From positions 1-40,646 of IMG/VR virus record IMGVR_UViG_3300042346_000744: a DNA stretch of 40,646 nucleotides; one strand, 5' to 3'. Both the position numbers and the translations under genes were made by a program. Under the pieces are notes generated by a model. It was not told where the DNA came from, ran no database searches, and was given only the letters and a program-made list of their open reading frames with translations. The DNA is from a virus. Taxonomy: Duplodnaviria; Caudoviricetes. Shown here piece after piece: positions 1 to 9,994 of the stretch; within the stretch, counting starts at the first letter, position 1, and each line of letters begins with the position of its first letter.

Positions 1-127
1 GATATCCGGCGCGGGCATGATCCTTTTGCCATGATGAATGGATGAGTTGCATGAAAAAATATGTGTTTGGCCTATTGCCTATCAAATTGTTGTGCGGCGG
101 TGGATCGCCTAAAGCACCGCCACCCCC
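1..127. repeat. Terminal direct repeat, left copy (circular assembly overlap)
   Basis: 1-127 is identical to 40520-40646. The join runs from the end of terL straight into the gene upstream of the portal. Confidence 0.95.
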
Positions 128-314
128 ACCACCACCCCCACCACCACCCCAGTTGGCCAAAGTGCCACAAGCGGCGGCGGTTAGAAATGATGTGGCTGCG
201 CAGAATATTGCGCAAGGTCGCGGCGAAGTGACTAGCACTTTGTTAACTGGTGGCTTAGGAGACCCGATTAAACAAGACAAGCTGGGCCGTAAAACCTTAT
301 TGGGCGGCGTTTAA
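42..314 (+). CDS. Small proline-rich protein preceding the portal gene
   Basis: Poly-Pro tract and C-terminal KTLLG. Its stop overlaps the portal ATG (TAATG). The start may be ATG 51. Confidence 0.7.
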   Translation: MSCMKKYVFGLLPIKLLCGGGSPKAPPPPPPPPPPPQLAKVPQAAAVRNDVAAQNIAQGRGEVTSTLLTGGLGDPIKQDKLGRKTLLGGV

Positions 315-1963
315 TGAGCAATGATCCTATTCAATGCCTGAATAATCGCTTTGAAGCGCTCAAAACTGAGCGGGCGAGCTGGATGGCGCATTGGAAAGAG
401 ATATCACAGTTTTTATTGCCGCGCTCCGGTCGCTTTTTTGAAGAGCAGCGTAATCGAGGCGAAAAACGTCATCAGCAGATTATTGATAATACCGGCACCA
501 AAGCGCTGCGGATTTTATCCGCTGGCTTGATGTCTGGCATGACTAGCCCGTCTAGGCCTTGGTTTCAATTATCCATGATGGATACGGATTTGATGCGGTA
601 TCAACCCGTTAAAATCTGGCTGGATGAATGCACCACGATATTGCAGGGCATTATGTCCCGCAGTAATTTTTATCGGGCTTTGCATAATCTGTATGACGAA
701 CTTGGCGCTTATGGTACTGGCGCGGTGTTTTTAGCCGATGATTTTGAAAACGTGGTGCATTTGCACCCGTTTACAGCCGGTGAGTACATGATTGCCTGTA
801 ATTGGCGTGGTGAAGCCGATACGTTGTATCGGGAGTTTCAAGCGTCGGTTGGCTCGGTGGTTAAAGAATTTGGTTATGACGCTTGTTCCAGCACGACAAA
901 ATCATCGTATGACAGCCGCCACTTAGATCGTTGGGTAGCGATTCGGCACGGCATTGAGCCGCGTACTGATCGTGATTATACCAAGCGTGATGGCATCAAT
1001 ATGCCTTGGCGCTCGGTGTATTGGGAAGTGGGTGAAACGAATCAGGTTTTACGTGAATCAGGGTTTAATCAGTTCCCATGCTTAGCCCCGCGTTGGATGT
1101 TGACCAGTGGCGATATCTACGGCCATTCCCCCGCGATGGATGCTTTGGGCGATGTGAAGCAGCTGCAGGCCGAACAGTTGCGTAAGTCGCAAGCCATCGA
1201 CTTTCAAGCTAATCCCCCGTTGCAAATACCGGCTGCAATGAAAAACCGGGAGATTGATACGCTGCCCGGTGGCCGCAGTTATTACGATCCGATATCAGCA
1301 CCGAACGGCATTAAGACTGCATTTGAAGTGCAGCTGGATCTGCGCAATTTGCTGATGGATATACAGGATGTGCGCGATAGGGTGTACAGCGCATTTTATG
1401 CCGATGTGTTTACGATGATTACCCAGATGGACCGCAAAACCACAGCCACCGAAGTGATGGAACGGCACGAAGAAAAAATGATGATGCTGGGACCAGTGGT
1501 TGAGCGTTTGAATAATGAGTTGCTTGATCCTGCCGTCGAAACCTTGTTTGTTCGCGCATTAAAAGGCGGCTTATTGCCACCACCCCCGCCCGAAATTGAA
1601 GGGCATGATATCAATATCGAATACGTATCGATCTTGGCTCAGGCGCAAAAAATGGCCGGGTTAAATAACGCTGATCGTTATGTGATGAGCATAGGCCAAT
1701 TGGCCACAATGAAACCCGATGTATTGGATCGCTTGGATGCCGATTATTTTGCCGAGATGTACGCGGATAAGTTGGGGACTGATCCTAAGCTAATCGTGCC
1801 AATGGAAAAAGCGGTACTGATCAGACAAGACCGGGCCAAACAAATGCAGGTTGCGCAACAACAAGCGGCATTGCAACAAGGCGCGGATATGCTGGGCAAA
1901 GTCGGCCAGTTATCGACACAACCGGGCACGATGGCCGGTGATGTGATGCAGGCGGCACGATGA
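314..1963 (+). CDS. Portal / head-to-tail connector (T7 gp8-like, BPP-1 type)
   Basis: 549 aa with motifs GMTSPSRPWF, YGHSPAMDALGDVKQLQ and TATEVMERHEEK. Follows terL. Confidence 0.93.
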   Translation: MSNDPIQCLNNRFEALKTERASWMAHWKEISQFLLPRSGRFFEEQRNRGEKRHQQIIDNTGTKALRILSAGLMSGMTSPSRPWFQLSMMDTDLMRYQPVKIWLDECTTILQGIMSRSNFYRALHNLYDELGAYGTGAVFLADDFENVVHLHPFTAGEYMIACNWRGEADTLYREFQASVGSVVKEFGYDACSSTTKSSYDSRHLDRWVAIRHGIEPRTDRDYTKRDGINMPWRSVYWEVGETNQVLRESGFNQFPCLAPRWMLTSGDIYGHSPAMDALGDVKQLQAEQLRKSQAIDFQANPPLQIPAAMKNREIDTLPGGRSYYDPISAPNGIKTAFEVQLDLRNLLMDIQDVRDRVYSAFYADVFTMITQMDRKTTATEVMERHEEKMMMLGPVVERLNNELLDPAVETLFVRALKGGLLPPPPPEIEGHDINIEYVSILAQAQKMAGLNNADRYVMSIGQLATMKPDVLDRLDADYFAEMYADKLGTDPKLIVPMEKAVLIRQDRAKQMQVAQQQAALQQGADMLGKVGQLSTQPGTMAGDVMQAAR

Positions 1964-2289
1964 GTATTCTTTGGGATGCCATTATCGATGGCCAATCTGA
2001 AACTGAAAAACGCCAACAACAGCAAGAAGCAGCCGAATTAAAAGTGCTGGCTTATCAAAACGACCTTAAAAGCGTCCTGGATACTGAAGCCGGTCGGCGA
2101 GTTATCCGGCGCTTGTTAAACCATACCGGCCTTTATTCAGCCAGTTTTACCCCTAGCCAATCGGATATCTCGGCCTTTCGGGAAGGTAGGCGTGATGTGG
2201 GGATTTGGCTGAATGCGCAAATACTGGCCTTGCCTGATTTATATCTCAAATTAATGACTGAGGAATTTAATGGACACACCGACGACTGA
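1960..2289 (+). CDS. Conserved head-module protein (Bbp19-like)
   Basis: GRRVIRRLL...AFREGRRDVG motif. Lies between portal and scaffold with an ATGA overlap. Confidence 0.7.
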   Translation: MSILWDAIIDGQSETEKRQQQQEAAELKVLAYQNDLKSVLDTEAGRRVIRRLLNHTGLYSASFTPSQSDISAFREGRRDVGIWLNAQILALPDLYLKLMTEEFNGHTDD

Positions 2290-2875
2290 AACCGGTGCTG
2301 TTGACTCGTTGCCTGATGCAACGGATACAACACTCACCACCGAAATAACCCAAAGCCAAAGCGCAACCACAGACGCACCCCAGGCAGAATCTGCTGAAGG
2401 TGCGTCAACCCCTGACTATGCCGATTTTCAGTTACCTGACGATGTGCAGCTAGATCAGCAATTGTTTGGCGAGTTTACTAAAACCGCCAAAGCGATTGGC
2501 TTAAATCAAGACCAGGCACAACAGTTGATCAACATGGGCGCACAGCTTAGCCAAAAGATCATGGCTCAAGCTCAAGAAGCTCAAATCCAACGCGTGAATG
2601 CCTGGGCCGATGAAACCCGCAATGATAAAGAAATTGGCGGGGATCAATTGCAACAAAATTTAGCAACAGCCAAAAAAGCGATGGATGCTTTTGGCTCGGA
2701 TGAATTGATAGCGGTTTTGGATAGTACCGGCCTGGGCAACCATCCGGCGATTATCAAAGCGTTTGTCAAGGCAGGGAAAGCCGTGTCGGAAGATACCTTA
2801 ATGCCGGGAGGCGCTCAGGTACCTACTGCGCAAAAAAGCCTTGCGCAAACTCTTTACCCCAACATGAACCCCTAG
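2270..2875 (+). CDS. Capsid scaffolding/assembly protein
   Basis: Acidic low-complexity N-terminus, GLNQDQAQ and TGLGNHPAII motifs, directly upstream of the capsid gene. Confidence 0.8.
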   Translation: MDTPTTETGAVDSLPDATDTTLTTEITQSQSATTDAPQAESAEGASTPDYADFQLPDDVQLDQQLFGEFTKTAKAIGLNQDQAQQLINMGAQLSQKIMAQAQEAQIQRVNAWADETRNDKEIGGDQLQQNLATAKKAMDAFGSDELIAVLDSTGLGNHPAIIKAFVKAGKAVSEDTLMPGGAQVPTAQKSLAQTLYPNMNP

Positions 2876-2887
2876 GAGGTTTAAAAA

Positions 2888-3907
2888 ATGGCTACTTTAT
2901 CCACTGGCCAGCTTACTCTGCTTGATATGTCTAAACGCATGTCTCCAGATGGCAAGGTCGACCCCGTTGCAGAATTACTGTCGCAACAAAACGAAATCCT
3001 TGAAGACGTGGTTTACAAAGAAGCAAACCAGCCTACCAGCCACGTGGTAGGTGTGCGTACCGGTTTGCCCGATGTTTACTGGCGTGCGTATAACCAAGGT
3101 GTTCCATCCAGCAAATCCACCACAGCACAAGTGACTGAACCTTGTGCGATGTTGGAGTCCCGCTCACACATTGACGCTAAATTGCTGCAATTGAATGGCA
3201 ATAGTGCGGCGTTCCGTCTTTCTGAAGAGTCGGCTTTCTTGGAAGCCATGTCTCAAGAGATGGTTGGCAAGATCTTTAACGGCAATGTGGGCGTTGATCT
3301 TAAAACCTTTTCCGGTTTGGCCACGCGTTACAGCTCAACGTCTGCCGGTAATGGGCAAAACGTGATTTTAGGCGGTGGCTCTGGCTCTGATAATGCTTCG
3401 GTTTATTTGGTGGTCTGGGGTGAGCAAACCGTGTTTTGTCCTTTCCCTAAAGGCTCAAGAGCCGGGTTGCAAAACCGTGATCTAGGTGAAGAATCTGTTG
3501 TTGATGCCAACAATAACTACTATCAGGCGGCACGTTCATTGTTCCAATGGGATGCCGGTTTGGTGGTTAAGGATTGGCGTTATGTGGTGCGCATTGCCAA
3601 TATCGATATTTCGGATTGGGTGGGCGTGACCGGTACCCAAGCGTCTACGGCCTCCACTAACTTGATCAAGTTGATGATGCGAGCCATTGCCAGAATCCCC
3701 AACTTCCAAATGGGCCGCGCGGCGTTTTATGCCAATCGCTCCATCAAAGAAGGCCTGATGATTCAAGCCCTGGAAAAATCCAGTTCAGCGCTGGGCATTA
3801 CCGAATCACTCACTCAATTTGGCACCACCATGCAAACCCTGAAGTTTATGGGCATTCCTGTGCGCGGTGTGGATCAGTTGGGCATTGCTGAAACTCTGGT
3901 TTCTTAA
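2888..3907 (+). CDS. Major capsid protein (BPP-1/epsilon15-like)
   Basis: Strong AGGAGG RBS. Motifs ELLSQQNEILED, VRTGLP, VVKDWRYVVRIANID and FMGIPVRGVD. Confidence 0.92.
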   Translation: MATLSTGQLTLLDMSKRMSPDGKVDPVAELLSQQNEILEDVVYKEANQPTSHVVGVRTGLPDVYWRAYNQGVPSSKSTTAQVTEPCAMLESRSHIDAKLLQLNGNSAAFRLSEESAFLEAMSQEMVGKIFNGNVGVDLKTFSGLATRYSSTSAGNGQNVILGGGSGSDNASVYLVVWGEQTVFCPFPKGSRAGLQNRDLGEESVVDANNNYYQAARSLFQWDAGLVVKDWRYVVRIANIDISDWVGVTGTQASTASTNLIKLMMRAIARIPNFQMGRAAFYANRSIKEGLMIQALEKSSSALGITESLTQFGTTMQTLKFMGIPVRGVDQLGIAETLVS

Positions 3908-3916
3908 GGGGGAACA

Positions 3917-4369
3917 ATGATATTAGATCAATTATTGGCGCTATCACTAGCGCAAGCTGTGACTGCCACAGCCGTGTCTACCAATACTATCGACCTTAAA
4001 ACCGCGCGGGATTTGGGGCCGGGTAGCGATGTGTATTTTGTGTTCGAGGTCGATGAAGCAGCGACCGCTGCAGGCGCGGCTACCGTTACGTTTCAAATCA
4101 TCAGCTCGGCGGCAGCGGATTTATCCAGCCCGACCGTGATTGTGCAAACCGATGCGATTGGCAAAGCGGAATTAACCCTAGGCAGACGACCTATTTCGTT
4201 AGAGTTGGTTGATTCAATTCTAGCCGCTCAACCGGTAGGGCAACGTTATTTGGGTGTGCGTTACGTGGTGGCGACTGGCCCACTCACAGCGGGTAAATTT
4301 ACCTGTTATGTGGCGAATGAAGCCCCAAGCGTGGGTAAAAACTATCCTAGCGGCTTTGCGGTAGCGTAA
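3917..4369 (+). CDS. Capsid cement/decoration protein (Bbp16-like)
   Basis: MILD...AQAVTATAVSTNTIDL...QRYLGVRYVV; beta-rich; follows the capsid gene. Confidence 0.75.
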   Translation: MILDQLLALSLAQAVTATAVSTNTIDLKTARDLGPGSDVYFVFEVDEAATAAGAATVTFQIISSAAADLSSPTVIVQTDAIGKAELTLGRRPISLELVDSILAAQPVGQRYLGVRYVVATGPLTAGKFTCYVANEAPSVGKNYPSGFAVA

Positions 4370-4371
4370 TC

Positions 4372-4617
4372 ATGGCTAAGTATCGTGCAAACGCCAAAAC
4401 CTGGCTAAGTCATGAAAATCGCATGGTGCAAGAAGGGGAAGAGTTTGAAACATCTTTTCCTGACGGCATGAAAATCGGCGGTAATCTGACAGAGCTGGAT
4501 ATCAAAAAAACCCGCACTCGTACTAAAACAGAAGCGCCTGCAGCGATTGAATCAACCGATGAGATTTATGACATCTTGGCGGTGGAGGTGTACGAAGAAG
4601 GGGAAACGACCGCATGA
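4372..4617 (+). CDS. Hypothetical head-module protein
   Basis: In operon, 2 nt after the cement gene. Confidence 0.65.
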   Translation: MAKYRANAKTWLSHENRMVQEGEEFETSFPDGMKIGGNLTELDIKKTRTRTKTEAPAAIESTDEIYDILAVEVYEEGETTA

Positions 4618-4675
4618 TAAAACACGTGTGCTTTGTTGAAAAACCCGGCGCACGTGGTTACAGGAGGCCTTCCCG

Positions 4676-4984
4676 ATGCCGCAAATAGTAGATCCAACGC
4701 TATGGGCCAATTCGGGCGGGCTGATTGGGTTGATCATCTTCGCCCTGTTTTTTGTCCTGTATGCGTTTTCTAAAACCCTTTCAAATATCCTGGACAAAAA
4801 TCGTGAGGATATCAACCGAATTCTGGATCTTCATGCTAAAGAGCGTGAGGAGTGGGGGCGGATTGTCGATAGTCGGCAGTCTGAAACCAATCTAGCCATC
4901 AAAGCCATGGCGACAGCACTAAACAAAATTGCAATGCGTCATCGATTTGAAGATGACTCTCATGATAAGGGGTTAGAGTTATGA
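4676..4984 (+). CDS. Single-TM membrane protein with helical tail (holin/anti-holin candidate)
   Basis: AGGAGG RBS; hydrophobic GGLIGLIIFALFFVLYAF segment followed by a charged helix. Confidence 0.55.
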   Translation: MPQIVDPTLWANSGGLIGLIIFALFFVLYAFSKTLSNILDKNREDINRILDLHAKEREEWGRIVDSRQSETNLAIKAMATALNKIAMRHRFEDDSHDKGLEL

Positions 4985-6414
4985 GTGGGTTTAAAGCGGG
5001 GAATTATCCTAATTTGTATGATGTAGCCACAGGTAAATTAGTCGGTTATATATCGCCATATGGCAAAGAACACTATGATTTTAATGATATTGAATCAAAA
5101 ATAAACATAAAAAAAGCCAAAGCAACCATTATTGACGCATTTTCAACGCTCAATTTATCTACAAATCAATATAACAATTCTACCAATGCCCAGCTTGTGC
5201 CAACGTACAACGGAACGCCTACAGTTTTATCAGGGCAAGGCCCAAACGGAGAGGACGTTTTACGATTTAATTTAGGCACAGCAGCAGGCGCAAGCGGTCG
5301 AGTTGGCGCAACGATTGGCGCGGTATCGCCTGCAAATTTGGGTTATAGCTCTGGCGGATTAGTTGGCACGACTGGATTATTTGGTTTTTGGGTGCGGTTC
5401 AATTTAGACGGTACTGATTCGCTTGACGATACCAGCGCTAACAAAATTACACCGATTAACTATGTTTATGCCAATCCTGATTTGGTTGCAAACTACGCAC
5501 AGTCGGCAAGCTTTAACAACAAGTCAAGTAACGAAATGTCGCCGGTTATATCTGGCGAGTGGTATTTTTGGCGGTTTTACAATAATGATAGGGCGGGAAG
5601 TCCTGCTAATACATTAGCAATTGATAAACTGCTACACGCATTCCAACCAGCACAAGCTAATGCTGGTCGAACAACAACAATAGATATTGGCCCTGCTTAT
5701 TTCAACATTGAGCAATCGCCATCTTTCCAATTCAGTTTTGATAATTTAGATGCCAGCATTTACGCCGCATATCAATATTTAAAATCGAAAGGTATAACGG
5801 GAACACTATACACAGACCCGAGAGGGCACGACGGTGGCACGCATTTAACCGTCGCCCAGGTGGATGAGATGTATCGCAATGGTTGGACTATTGGCCTGCA
5901 CGGCAACACAGGCACTACTGCCGATGTAACTCACGGTTTTTACGGTCAAACGACTGAATTTTTAAATGCCGATGTGCTTCCTTGCCTGGAGCTGTTAAAA
6001 GCGCGGTATGGAGATGGTTGGAAGCATTTAGCTTGGCCGCTTGGGAAAATGGATGAAAATGCTATTCGTTACATGCGTAATCTTGGCGTTTTAACTGCTC
6101 GCGGGACTGGTTCCCCGACTCGATCAGGATTGCCGCTATGTATCGATGATTGTTACAACATTTTCGCGGCGGGATGGTTTGCCAACACATCCACAGCAAC
6201 AGTTAGTTGGGCGCAAGCAAAAGCCGTGATTGATGCCACTATTGCAAATAAAACACATACCCATATTTGGGGGCATTTTTACAACGGCACAAACATCACT
6301 ATCTTAAAACAAGCGGTTGATTACATCTTAGACAAGCAGGCTCAAGGCTTATGCGAAATAATAGCTAATGCCGAGGATGCTTATAATCGCTATATTTTGC
6401 CGTCAAAGTTTTGA
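4981..6414 (+). CDS. Polysaccharide deacetylase (CE4/NodB-like) domain protein, possibly virion-associated
   Basis: C-terminal FSFDN, GITGTLY, GWTIGLHG and HLAWPLG motifs; beta-rich N-terminal half. Confidence 0.7.
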   Translation: MSGFKAGNYPNLYDVATGKLVGYISPYGKEHYDFNDIESKINIKKAKATIIDAFSTLNLSTNQYNNSTNAQLVPTYNGTPTVLSGQGPNGEDVLRFNLGTAAGASGRVGATIGAVSPANLGYSSGGLVGTTGLFGFWVRFNLDGTDSLDDTSANKITPINYVYANPDLVANYAQSASFNNKSSNEMSPVISGEWYFWRFYNNDRAGSPANTLAIDKLLHAFQPAQANAGRTTTIDIGPAYFNIEQSPSFQFSFDNLDASIYAAYQYLKSKGITGTLYTDPRGHDGGTHLTVAQVDEMYRNGWTIGLHGNTGTTADVTHGFYGQTTEFLNADVLPCLELLKARYGDGWKHLAWPLGKMDENAIRYMRNLGVLTARGTGSPTRSGLPLCIDDCYNIFAAGWFANTSTATVSWAQAKAVIDATIANKTHTHIWGHFYNGTNITILKQAVDYILDKQAQGLCEIIANAEDAYNRYILPSKF

Positions 6415-6415
6415 T

Positions 6416-6586
6416 ATGAAAATTCACTGGAATCAACCCAGCACTAAGCGCAATGCCATCTGGCTAGTGGTTGGCATTGCGGGATTAATCCAATCCTGGG
6501 GCAATATATCTGTGCAGGATTTAATGTATCTCGGTGCTACTGTTGCGGGCGGCATGGGAGTGATGTCTGATGATCGTCAAAATTAG
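6416..6586 (+). CDS. Small two-TM holin-like protein
   Basis: Likely start ATG 6416, 1 nt after the upstream stop. WNQPSTKRNAIWL followed by two hydrophobic stretches. Confidence 0.55.
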   Translation: MKIHWNQPSTKRNAIWLVVGIAGLIQSWGNISVQDLMYLGATVAGGMGVMSDDRQN

Positions 6587-6833
6587 CCTTTTATTGCTGC
6601 TTTCCGCCTGCAGCCATATCACCTACGAAGCCAAGCCAGATGGATCAACAACAGCGGAAGGCTGGGAGTTTGGGACTAATACGGCGTTATCCGGTGCATT
6701 GTTTGAAACGCATGCAGATGGTTCCAGGCTGTTAAAGCTGGATTCCTCCAGCAACTCACGCACGGAAGGCATGAAACAAATCAACCAAGGCCTAAGCTTG
6801 ATTGTTGAAGGCGCGGCTAAAGGGGTTAAATAA
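6570..6833 (+). CDS. Lipoprotein (spanin candidate)
   Basis: Signal peptide II with lipobox LLLLLSA-C; adjacent to the holin-like gene. Confidence 0.6.
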   Translation: MIVKISLLLLLSACSHITYEAKPDGSTTAEGWEFGTNTALSGALFETHADGSRLLKLDSSSNSRTEGMKQINQGLSLIVEGAAKGVK

Positions 6834-7441
6834 TGGCGACTTCTGCTGTTGATATTTGCAATTTGGCCTTGGCGCATTTAGGCGACTCGGCCAACATTTC
6901 CAGCATTTCACCACCTGACAACTCGGTACAAGCCAATTACTGCAGCTTGTTTTATCCGTTAGCGTTGGCGGCGGCTTTGGATGAGCATACTTGGCGGTTT
7001 GCGACTCGCCGCGTTACGCTGGCCACTCGCACCAATGATGCGAGTGATGAATGGGATTATTGTTATGTGGTGCCTTCTGATCTGGTTTCGATTGTAGAGT
7101 TAAAAAGCGCGGGCGTTGATCAGCAATTGATTCAATACAGTCAGGAAATTGCGTCGGATAATGCCCAAGTGCTGTACTGCAATGTTACGCCTGCAGTCCT
7201 GTATTACGTATCATCGTCTGTTTTGAGCCTGCATTTTACCCCGGCTTTTGTGCAGTATCTGGCCGCTTTACTGGCCAGTCATCTGGCTGGGCCGATGCTG
7301 AAAGGGGATGTTGGGGTGAATGCCAGCAATAAGCTGTTAGCGCTGGCCATGCAACTGAAAGAACGGGCGATTGAGCGGGATGGGCAAAGCGTGCGCGTGG
7401 TGGTTGATCATATTCCGGCAACGCATGCCGCGCGATTGTAA
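6833..7441 (+). CDS. Tail adaptor / tubular protein A (T7 gp11-like)
   Basis: VDICNLALAHLG and HTWRFATRR motifs; about 200 aa; directly before the nozzle gene. Confidence 0.85.
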   Translation: MATSAVDICNLALAHLGDSANISSISPPDNSVQANYCSLFYPLALAAALDEHTWRFATRRVTLATRTNDASDEWDYCYVVPSDLVSIVELKSAGVDQQLIQYSQEIASDNAQVLYCNVTPAVLYYVSSSVLSLHFTPAFVQYLAALLASHLAGPMLKGDVGVNASNKLLALAMQLKERAIERDGQSVRVVVDHIPATHAARL

Positions 7442-9501
7442 TGCCTAACGTCCGTGTTTTAAGACAGTCTTTTTCAGGCGGCGAATTGTCGCCGCGTTTG
7501 TTCGGTCGGCTGGATTTTGCCAGCTTTCAATCAGGTTTGGAAACCTGCAAAAACTTTATCGCCTTGCCGCACGGTAGCGCAATGAATCGGCCTGGGTTGC
7601 GGTTTGTGAATGAAACTAAAACATCAGAATACAAAACCCGCTTGATTCCGTTTACCTTTAGCACTACGCAAGCTTTTGCGATTGAAATGGGGCGGTTTTA
7701 CTTCCGGTTTCATGCCCTGGGCGGGACGTTGAATCTGTTACCGCTGAGTTCTGATGCTTATCAAGTCGTCACACCCTACACTGAAGATGAATTGTTTGAT
7801 GTACATTTTGTACAGTCTGGCGATGTCATCACACTGACACACCCTAATCATCCACCCAAAGAGTTAAGGCGCTTAGGCAATACGAATTGGACACTTACCA
7901 ATATCGCGTTTTCGCCCACGTCTACAGCCCCGGCCAGCTGTACGGTAACAGCCACTTCTCCCGGTGGTGGGCCAAACAAAGATTACACGTATAAAATCAC
8001 GGCGCTGAATGACCGGGGGCTTGAAGAGTCTTTGGCTTCCCCAGTATCCAACACCGTCAGCAATAACCTGACATTAACCGGCAATTACAATACTGTGACT
8101 TGGCCCGCTGTAACCGGCGCCACTATGTATAACGTGTATAAGTCGGCCAGTGGGGCGTATGGCTTTATCGGGCAAACCGCGGCTTTAACGTTGGTCGATG
8201 ACAATATCATGGCTGATATGACGCGCACTTTGCCGATTTTAGACAATCCGTTTAACAGTGCTGATCATTATCCCACTGCGGTTGGGTATTACGAGCAACG
8301 GCGGTATTTTGCAGGGACTGAAACCGACCCAATGAACGTTTGGGCGACTCAATCCGGCAGTGAAACCAACTTGGCTTACTCGGTGCCGTCGCAAGATTCG
8401 GATGCTTTGCGGTTTCGAATCATGGCCAACCGCTCTGACATCGTGCGGCATTTGATCAACCTGCAGGATCTGATTGTATTGACGGCGGCGAATGAATGGC
8501 GGGTGGCTTCATCCGGCAATGGACCGTTGACGCCTTCGACTATCAATATCAAGTCACAATCGCAAGTTGGGGCATCCAACGTACAGCCCAAAGTCATTGA
8601 CAATTACTTGCTGTACGAAGCCGCGCAGGGCGGGCATATTCGGGAATTTACCTATGACTGGCAAAGTAACGGCTTCCGTAGTGGCGACATCAGCTTATTA
8701 GCCTCGCATCTGTTTGATGGCTATACGATTAAAGACATGGCTTACAGTCGCGCACCGTGGCAAATTTTGTGGTGTGTTTCGACCTCAGGCAAGCTGCTAG
8801 GCTTGAGTTATGTGCCCGAGCAAAAGATTGCCGCTTGGCATCAACATGAAACCGATGGGCAGTTTGAAAGCTGCTGTACCATCAACGAAAACGGCGCGGA
8901 TGTGCTGTATGTGATCGTTAAGCGCACGATTGACGGGGTACAAAAGCGCTATGTGGAGTATCTGGATTTGCGGGATGCTGCCACCTTGGCCGATAGCTTT
9001 TTTGTGGATTGCGGTTTGACTTATAGCGGTACCGCGACCACTACCATCAGCGGACTGGACCACTTGGAAGGTAAAACCGTGTCTGTGCTGGGTGATGGGG
9101 CTGTTTTATCGCAAAAAACAGTGGTAGCCGGTGAAATTACTTTAGAGGTTGCAGTTAGCAAGGCCCAAGTGGGTTTGCCGATTACGGCGGATTTAAAAAC
9201 ATTGCCGACGTATTTTCAGGATGAAACCTTAGGGCAAAGCCGCATTAAAAACGTCAATAAGGTTTGGGTAAGGATTGCCGAGTCTGGGCCGTTTAGTGCA
9301 GGACCGGATGAAAGCCACTTAACCCCGATTAAATTGCGCACGTTTGAAACCTACGGATCACCCATCGAGTTAAAAACAGGCGAGTTTGATTTAGTGGTGC
9401 AATCCAATTGGAATCAATCCGGTCAGGTGCTGATTCGTCAAGATGATCCATTACCGCTTGAAGTGGTGTATGTGGCGGCTGAGGTGGCTATCGGTGGATA
9501 G
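7441..9501 (+). CDS. Tail nozzle / tubular protein B (T7 gp12-like)
   Basis: SFSGGELSPRLFGR N-terminus, RLIPFTFS, YYEQRRYFAG and AWHQHETDG motifs. Confidence 0.88.
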   Translation: MPNVRVLRQSFSGGELSPRLFGRLDFASFQSGLETCKNFIALPHGSAMNRPGLRFVNETKTSEYKTRLIPFTFSTTQAFAIEMGRFYFRFHALGGTLNLLPLSSDAYQVVTPYTEDELFDVHFVQSGDVITLTHPNHPPKELRRLGNTNWTLTNIAFSPTSTAPASCTVTATSPGGGPNKDYTYKITALNDRGLEESLASPVSNTVSNNLTLTGNYNTVTWPAVTGATMYNVYKSASGAYGFIGQTAALTLVDDNIMADMTRTLPILDNPFNSADHYPTAVGYYEQRRYFAGTETDPMNVWATQSGSETNLAYSVPSQDSDALRFRIMANRSDIVRHLINLQDLIVLTAANEWRVASSGNGPLTPSTINIKSQSQVGASNVQPKVIDNYLLYEAAQGGHIREFTYDWQSNGFRSGDISLLASHLFDGYTIKDMAYSRAPWQILWCVSTSGKLLGLSYVPEQKIAAWHQHETDGQFESCCTINENGADVLYVIVKRTIDGVQKRYVEYLDLRDAATLADSFFVDCGLTYSGTATTTISGLDHLEGKTVSVLGDGAVLSQKTVVAGEITLEVAVSKAQVGLPITADLKTLPTYFQDETLGQSRIKNVNKVWVRIAESGPFSAGPDESHLTPIKLRTFETYGSPIELKTGEFDLVVQSNWNQSGQVLIRQDDPLPLEVVYVAAEVAIGG

Positions 9502-9994
9502 ACGCCTTAAAGAGCGCTTGACGTTACGCACTCCCACCCAAGCCGACGCGGATTATCTAGCTAAGCATTTGCGGCAAGCGGATGTTGATGAATTGGCCGT
9601 TACGGGCTATCCATCGGCAGCTCAAGCGGTGCAATGGGCATTTGAACGCACTTTGCCAGAGCTGCAAACGGTGGTTGAGTGGGATGGCGAAATGCTGATC
9701 ATGACCGGCTGCGCAGCGGATACGCTGCTGTCTAATGTTGGGGTGCCGTGGTTATTGGGTACCGAAGCCATGATAAAGCATATGAAAGCCATCACCATTG
9801 GCGCACACCAAGCCATTGCCATTTTTTTAACCCACTGGCCGATTCTGCGCAATGTCGTAGATGCCCGCAACACGGCAACTATACGCTGGGTGCAATCCTT
9901 GGGGTTTGATTTAACGCCTGTGCCTGAATGGGTACCGGGCTTTCCTGTCTATCAGTTTGAAAAGAGGCGGAATGAATACGTTAGAGAAGTTTGA
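9494..9994 (+). CDS. GNAT-like internal virion assembly protein (T7 gp13-like)
   Basis: LRQADVDEL, PWLLGT and NVVDARNTATIRWVQSLGF motifs. Probable GTG start at 9494 behind GAGG. Confidence 0.75.
   Translation: MDRRLKERLTLRTPTQADADYLAKHLRQADVDELAVTGYPSAAQAVQWAFERTLPELQTVVEWDGEMLIMTGCAADTLLSNVGVPWLLGTEAMIKHMKAITIGAHQAIAIFLTHWPILRNVVDARNTATIRWVQSLGFDLTPVPEWVPGFPVYQFEKRRNEYVREV

Noticed and set aside
113-150. CCA/CCC-rich low-complexity repeat
   Set aside because: Explained by the poly-proline codons of the first gene.
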